A DNA stretch of 64,000 bases. It comes from Thermomonas sp. (GTDB lineage: Bacteria > Pseudomonadota > Gammaproteobacteria > Xanthomonadales > Xanthomonadaceae). The position numbers and the translations under genes are program-made. Every line of letters starts with the position of its first letter. Positions within the stretch are counted from its first letter, which is position 1. The notes under the pieces were generated by a model that did no database searches, was not told the DNA's origin, and was given only the letters and a program-made list of their open reading frames with translations. Positions 59,415 to 64,000 of this stretch are shown here, one piece after another. The stretch covers positions 146,602 to 210,601 of the forward strand of contig JAYSEL010000003.1 in the NCBI GenBank assembly GCA_041913885.1. The letters are read 5' to 3'.

Positions 59415-59972
59415 ATGCAGGCTCCGGGTTTTCCCATCGACGGCAACCGCGTGCTGCTCTGCGTTTGCGGCGGCATTGCCGCGTACAAGAGCGCCGAGCT
59501 GGTGCGGCGTCTGCGCGACGCCGGCGCCGAGGTGCAGGTGGCGATGACCGAGAATGCCCAGCGCTTCGTCGGTGCCCAGACCTTCCAGGCGCTGTCGTAC
59601 CGGCCGGTGCGCACGTCGCTGTGGGATGCGCAGGCGGAGGCGGCGATGGGCCACCTGGAGCTGGCCGGCTGGGCGCAGCGCGTGGTGGTGGCGCCGGCCA
59701 CGGCGAATACCCTCGCGCGGCTGGCGTACGGCCTGGCGGACGACCTGGTGAGCACGCTGTGCCTGGCCACCGAGGCGCCGCTGCTGGTGGCGCCCGCGAT
59801 GAACCACCGGATGTGGCGGCACCCGGCCACGCAGGCCAACGTGGCCACCCTGCTGGCGCGCGGCGTCCGCATGGTCGGCCCCAACGACGGTCCGCTGGCC
59901 GAAGGCGAGTCCGGCCCCGGCCGCATGGCCGAGCCGGCGGAGATCGTGGCGGCGCTCGGAGCACTGGCATGA
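59415..59972 (+). CDS. coaC: Phosphopantothenoylcysteine decarboxylase (CoaC half of Dfp)
   Basis: GGIAAYK, MGHLEL, APATAN, APAMN, GRMAEP; ends TGA 59970-72. Confidence 0.9.
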   Translation: MQAPGFPIDGNRVLLCVCGGIAAYKSAELVRRLRDAGAEVQVAMTENAQRFVGAQTFQALSYRPVRTSLWDAQAEAAMGHLELAGWAQRVVVAPATANTLARLAYGLADDLVSTLCLATEAPLLVAPAMNHRMWRHPATQANVATLLARGVRMVGPNDGPLAEGESGPGRMAEPAEIVAALGALA

Positions 59973-60640
59973 GCGGCGCGCTTGCCGGGCTGCGCGTGGT
60001 CGTCAGCGCCGGGCCCACGTTCGAGGACATCGACCCGGTCCGCTTCCTGGGCAACCGCAGCAGCGGCAAGATGGGGTTCGCGGTCGCCTGCAGCGCCGCC
60101 CAGCAGGGCGCGGACGTGGTGCTGGTGGCCGGCCCGGTGCACCTGCCCACGCCCGCGGGCGTGCATCGCCTGGACGTGCGCAGTGCCGCGCAGATGCATG
60201 ACGCGGTGATGGCGGCATTGCCCTGCGATGTCTATATCGGGGCTGCGGCGGTGGCGGATTTCACCCCGCGCGCGCCGACGGCCTGCAAGCTCAAGAAGCA
60301 GCCGGGGCAGGACACGCTGGTGCTGGAACTGGTCAAGACGCGCGACGTGCTGGCCGACGTGGCCGCGCACGCGCAACGGCCGCGTTTGGTAGTGGGGTTC
60401 GCGGCGGAAACCCATGATGTCGCCCATTACGCGCGCGGCAAGCTGGAGCGCAAGCGGCTGGACATGATCTGCGCCAACCAGGTGGGCCTGCCGGGCGGCG
60501 GGTTCGAGAGCGACGACAACGCGCTGCTGGTCATCGAGCCGCACGGCGAGCATGCGCTCGGGCCGGCGCCGAAGGCCGAGCTGGCCGCCGCCCTGCTGGC
60601 GCGGGTGGCCGAGCGATTGCGCACCCAGGAGAGCGAATGA
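59969..60640 (+). CDS. coaB: Phosphopantothenate--cysteine ligase (CoaB half of Dfp)
   Basis: [38 protein letters not shown]; ATGA overlap, GGAG upstream. Confidence 0.9.
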   Translation: MSGALAGLRVVVSAGPTFEDIDPVRFLGNRSSGKMGFAVACSAAQQGADVVLVAGPVHLPTPAGVHRLDVRSAAQMHDAVMAALPCDVYIGAAAVADFTPRAPTACKLKKQPGQDTLVLELVKTRDVLADVAAHAQRPRLVVGFAAETHDVAHYARGKLERKRLDMICANQVGLPGGGFESDDNALLVIEPHGEHALGPAPKAELAAALLARVAERLRTQESE

Positions 60641-61098
60641 CGCCACATGCCTTGCAGGTGAAGCTGCTGGATCCGCGTTTCGGCGGTGATTGGCCGCTGC
60701 CCGAGTACGCGACCGAACACAGCGCCGGCATGGACCTGCGCGCCGCGCTGGACGCACCGCTGTCGCTGGACCCCGGGGCGACGGCGTTGGTGCCGTCGGG
60801 CCTGGCCATCCACATCGGCGATCCCGGCCTGTGCGCAGTCCTCCTGCCGCGGTCCGGGCTGGGCCACAAACACGGCATCGTGCTGGGCAACGGCACCGGG
60901 TTGATCGACGCGGACTACCAGGGGCCGCTGATGGTCAGCCTGTGGAACCGCAGCGACGTGGCGTTCACCATCGCGCCGGGCGATCGCGTCGCGCAGCTGG
61001 TGCTGCTGCCGGTGGTGCGCGCGCAGCTGCAGGTGGTGGATACTTTCGAGGAAAGCACGCGCGGCCAGGGTGGCTTCGGCCACACCGGCGTGCGCTGA
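60637..61098 (+). CDS. dut: dUTP diphosphatase
   Basis: [32 protein letters not shown]. Confidence 0.97.
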   Translation: MTPHALQVKLLDPRFGGDWPLPEYATEHSAGMDLRAALDAPLSLDPGATALVPSGLAIHIGDPGLCAVLLPRSGLGHKHGIVLGNGTGLIDADYQGPLMVSLWNRSDVAFTIAPGDRVAQLVLLPVVRAQLQVVDTFEESTRGQGGFGHTGVR

Positions 61099-61111
61099 CG
61101 GGGGAAGACGC

Positions 61112-63466
61112 ATGGCGGTGTTCGGACTGGGCGGCAAGAAGGACGAGGCGGACGCGGACGGGCGGGGCAAGCTGCAGTTCGATCCGCTGCAGACGGCGCG
61201 CGCGCTGCCGTGGTTGATCGCGCTGCTGGTGGCGCTGGGCCTGTGGTGCCTGGTGGCCGGCGGCCTGCGCCAGCGCGACGACAGCCGCGAACACGCGCTG
61301 GAATTCGCGCGCGACGACGTGGTCGTGGCGGTGCGGCGGACGCTCAACGAGCATCGGCAGAAGTTGGGCGCGCGGATTGCCGCCCAGCCTTTCAAGGAGG
61401 CGCTCGCCGCCGGTGACACCGCTGCCGCCGTCGCGGCCATCAAGGAGGGATGGGGCGAGTTGCGTCGCGCCGAGCTGTGGCCGGCCGACCTCGATGCGCT
61501 CTACGGGGCGTTGCCGCGGAGCGGCTTCGGCACCCTGGCGGTGGCCGAGGATGCCCTGATCAGCGGCAAGATGGCCGTCCGCGTCGTGCGCACCGGGCCG
61601 GAACATCGGCTGGCCATGGCGGTGCCGGTCGACGGTGGCCGGGTGGCCTACGTGGAGCTGCCGCTGGCCCGGCTCGAGAGCAGCGTGGAGGCGCCGCTGC
61701 TGCCGGGCGGGACGTACCTGGCGCTGCGCCAGGGGCAGCGCAGCGTGGTCGAGCGTGGCGATGCCGCGCTTGCTTCGTCGGCCGAGGCGATGGGCGTGAG
61801 AGTGCCCGACAGCGACCTGCGCGTCGCCGCGGCGACGCCGGACAGCGTGGCCGCCCCGTTCGGCCTGGGGGGCATCGCGTCGCTCGGCCTCGGGCTGGTG
61901 CTCGTGGTGGTGGCGGGTGGACTGTGGTTCGTGCTGCGTCCGCGCCTGCTGGCCATGGGAGGGATCGGCGAGGTCGAGGCCGGTCCCACGCTGTCCGACC
62001 TGCAGCAGACCCTGCCGCCCTCGGAGCCGGTGGCGCGGATCCAGGCCCGGGAGCACGACGTCGTCAAGCAGGCGGAAAAGGTGCCTGTGGTGATCGACCA
62101 TCGCATCTTCCGCGCCTACGACATCCGCGGCGTGGTGGGCCAGTCGCTGGATGCCGGCGTGGCCGAGCTGATCGGCCAGGCGATCGGGTCGGTGATGGCC
62201 GAACAGGGGCTGGATGCCATCGTGGTCGGCCGCGACGGACGCCTGTCCGGGCCGGAGCTGGCGCAGGGGTTGATCGAGGGCCTGCGCAAGGCCGGTCGCA
62301 ATGTCATCGACATCGGCATGGCGCCAACGCCGGTGGTGTATTTCGGCGGGTTCCACCTGCGCACGGGCTGCGGCGTCGCCATCACCGGCAGCCACAATCC
62401 GCCGGACTACAACGGCTTCAAGATCGTGGTCGGGGGCGAAACCCTGTCCGGCGCGGCGATCAAGGACCTGCACGCCCGCATCGCCGAGGACCGCCTGCTG
62501 GAGGCCGAGGTGCGCGGCACCCTGGACGAGCGCGACATCGGCGAGGACTACGTGCAGCGCATCGCCGGCGACGTGCAGATCGGCCGCCGCCTGAAGGTGG
62601 TCGTGGACGCCGGCAACGGCGTGGCCGGCGTGCTGGGGCCGCGGGTGCTGGAAGCCATCGGCGCCGAGGTCACCCCGCTGTTCTGCGACATCGACGGCAC
62701 CTTCCCCAACCACCATCCCGATCCCAGCGAGCCGCACAACCTGGAGGCGCTGGTGCAGATGGTGCAGCGCCTGGACGCGGACCTGGGCATCGCCTTCGAC
62801 GGCGACGGCGACCGCCTCGGCGTGGTCACCAAGGCGGGCAAGAACATCTTCCCCGACCGCCTGCTGATGCTGTTCGCCGCCGATGTGCTGGAGCGCAACC
62901 CGGGCGCGGTCATCGTCTACGACGTGAAGTGCACCGGCCGGCTGCCCACCCAGATCCTGCGCTACGGCGGCAGCCCGTTGATGTGGAAGACCGGGCACTC
63001 GCTGATCAAGGCCAAGATGCGCGAGACCGATGCCGCGCTGGCCGGCGAGATGAGCGGCCACTTCTTCTTCGCGGAGCGCTGGTTCGGGTTCGATGACGGC
63101 ATCTATGCCGCGGCGCGCCTGCTGGAGATCCTGGACGCCCGCGAGGAGTCCCCGGATGCGGTGTTCGACGCGCTGCCCGATGGCGTGTCCACCGCCGAGA
63201 TCAAGGTGGACGCGCCCGGCGGCGATCCCCACGAGTTCGTCGAACGCTTCCGCCTGGCGGCCAGTTTCGATGGCGCGCGCATGACCACCCTGGACGGGGT
63301 GCGGGTGGACTGGTCGGATGGCTGGGGTCTGGTCCGCGCGTCCAACACCACGCCGGTGCTGGTGATGCGCTTCGACGCGGACAGCAGCGCCGCCATGGCA
63401 CGCATCCAGCAGGCCTTCCGTGACCACCTGCTGCGGCTGGAGCCGGGGCTGCAGCTGCCGTTCTGA
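61112..63466 (+). CDS. Phosphomannomutase/phosphoglucomutase with N-terminal membrane/periplasmic extension (AlgC-like long form)
   Basis: FRAYDIRG, TGSHNP, DGDGDR, GEMSGH, RASNT; two TMs in the first ~280 aa. Confidence 0.92.
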   Translation: MAVFGLGGKKDEADADGRGKLQFDPLQTARALPWLIALLVALGLWCLVAGGLRQRDDSREHALEFARDDVVVAVRRTLNEHRQKLGARIAAQPFKEALAAGDTAAAVAAIKEGWGELRRAELWPADLDALYGALPRSGFGTLAVAEDALISGKMAVRVVRTGPEHRLAMAVPVDGGRVAYVELPLARLESSVEAPLLPGGTYLALRQGQRSVVERGDAALASSAEAMGVRVPDSDLRVAAATPDSVAAPFGLGGIASLGLGLVLVVVAGGLWFVLRPRLLAMGGIGEVEAGPTLSDLQQTLPPSEPVARIQAREHDVVKQAEKVPVVIDHRIFRAYDIRGVVGQSLDAGVAELIGQAIGSVMAEQGLDAIVVGRDGRLSGPELAQGLIEGLRKAGRNVIDIGMAPTPVVYFGGFHLRTGCGVAITGSHNPPDYNGFKIVVGGETLSGAAIKDLHARIAEDRLLEAEVRGTLDERDIGEDYVQRIAGDVQIGRRLKVVVDAGNGVAGVLGPRVLEAIGAEVTPLFCDIDGTFPNHHPDPSEPHNLEALVQMVQRLDADLGIAFDGDGDRLGVVTKAGKNIFPDRLLMLFAADVLERNPGAVIVYDVKCTGRLPTQILRYGGSPLMWKTGHSLIKAKMRETDAALAGEMSGHFFFAERWFGFDDGIYAAARLLEILDAREESPDAVFDALPDGVSTAEIKVDAPGGDPHEFVERFRLAASFDGARMTTLDGVRVDWSDGWGLVRASNTTPVLVMRFDADSSAAMARIQQAFRDHLLRLEPGLQLPF

Positions 63467-63474
63467 GGCCGCCG

Positions 63475-63503
63475 CGGACGCGCCCGTGGCAAGGGCGCGT
63501 CCG
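63475..63503. terminator. Hairpin between convergent genes
   Basis: CGGACGCGCCC-N7-GGGCGCGTCCG. Confidence 0.65.
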
Positions 63504-63517
63504 TTATCCCGGACCTG

Positions 63518-64000
63518 TCAGCGGTTGGTTGGGGTGGAGCCGGGTTGCGGCGCTGTTGCGGTCGTCGCGGGGCCCGTGGCCTGCCGCATCTCGCGATAGC
63601 GGCGAACGGAATCGGCGAGTTCGCGCTCCAGCTCCGCCCGGTCGGCCTCCTGCGCCTGCAGGATCTGCTTCTGGCGCAACAGTTCCGCGTGCTGGCGCTG
63701 GATGGAGCCGATCAGCTTGCGGGTCACCGGTGCATCGGCCAGCTCCTGGTCGCCGGCCTGGCGCAGCAGGGAGAGCAGGCTCAGGCGCAGGTTGGCGACG
63801 CCCAGCCGGCTGGCCTTCAGGGTTTCGTCCAGCAGGGTGGTGCGCTCGCCGTAGGCGCGGCGCAGGTCGTCCTCGGTCAGGTAGGACTCCACCATTGCCA
63901 GGTCGCGGCGCTTCTGCATGGCCTCCGCCTCGGCCTGCCGGCGCGCGAGTTCGGCCGCCTGCTCGGCCGCGCTGCGCTCCGCGTCGGTCAGGGCGCGCTC
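63518..64000 (-). CDS. C-terminal part of a coiled-coil protein (DUF4124-associated type), start outside the window
   Basis: Frame is open from the window end: ERALTDAER..RRDLAMVESYLTEDDL. Confidence 0.7.
   Translation of the reverse strand, partial: ERALTDAERSAAEQAAELARRQAEAEAMQKRRDLAMVESYLTEDDLRRAYGERTTLLDETLKASRLGVANLRLSLLSLLRQAGDQELADAPVTRKLIGSIQRQHAELLRQKQILQAQEADRAELERELADSVRRYREMRQATGPATTATAPQPGSTPTNR

Noticed and set aside
58540-60150. Apparent 1099-aa ArgS
   Set aside because: Upstream part overlaps radC and coaC in shadow frames; ArgS starts at GTG 58539

Overview
GC-rich (~70%) gammaproteobacterial chromosome segment. Gene content and order (secB-gpsA-ax21, oleABCD, ubiJ-ubiB, aceBA, speE/speA, argS-radC-coaBC-dut-PMM) point to a Xanthomonadaceae/Lysobacteraceae genome. 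About 60 credible CDSs; no rRNA, tRNA, CRISPR, integrase or transposase seen. Three accessory modules stand out. (1) 18.6-26.9 kb: a six-gene putative synthase-dependent exopolysaccharide operon behind a sigma-54 promoter motif (CX5R phosphatase-TPR, HEAT protein, processive GT2, YaiO/TPR barrel, LtaS-like transferase, GH18-like protein). (2) 27.0-33.8 kb: a TonB transducer/FecR/ECF sigma cell-surface-signalling module. A shared GGGGG-N12-CGTTCGTC motif precedes both the receptor and a secreted cyanophycinase-isoaspartyl peptidase fusion, suggesting a cyanophycin-scavenging regulon. (3) 38.1-43.3 kb: cNMP-binding diguanylate cyclase, membrane class III cyclase-TPR protein, NHLP-like peptide and SagB-like dehydrogenase without YcaO, suggesting a RiPP-peptide to cNMP to c-di-GMP signalling system. 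coaBC is split into two ATGA-coupled genes. All family assignments come from motif recognition by eye, not database searches, and start codons were chosen manually.
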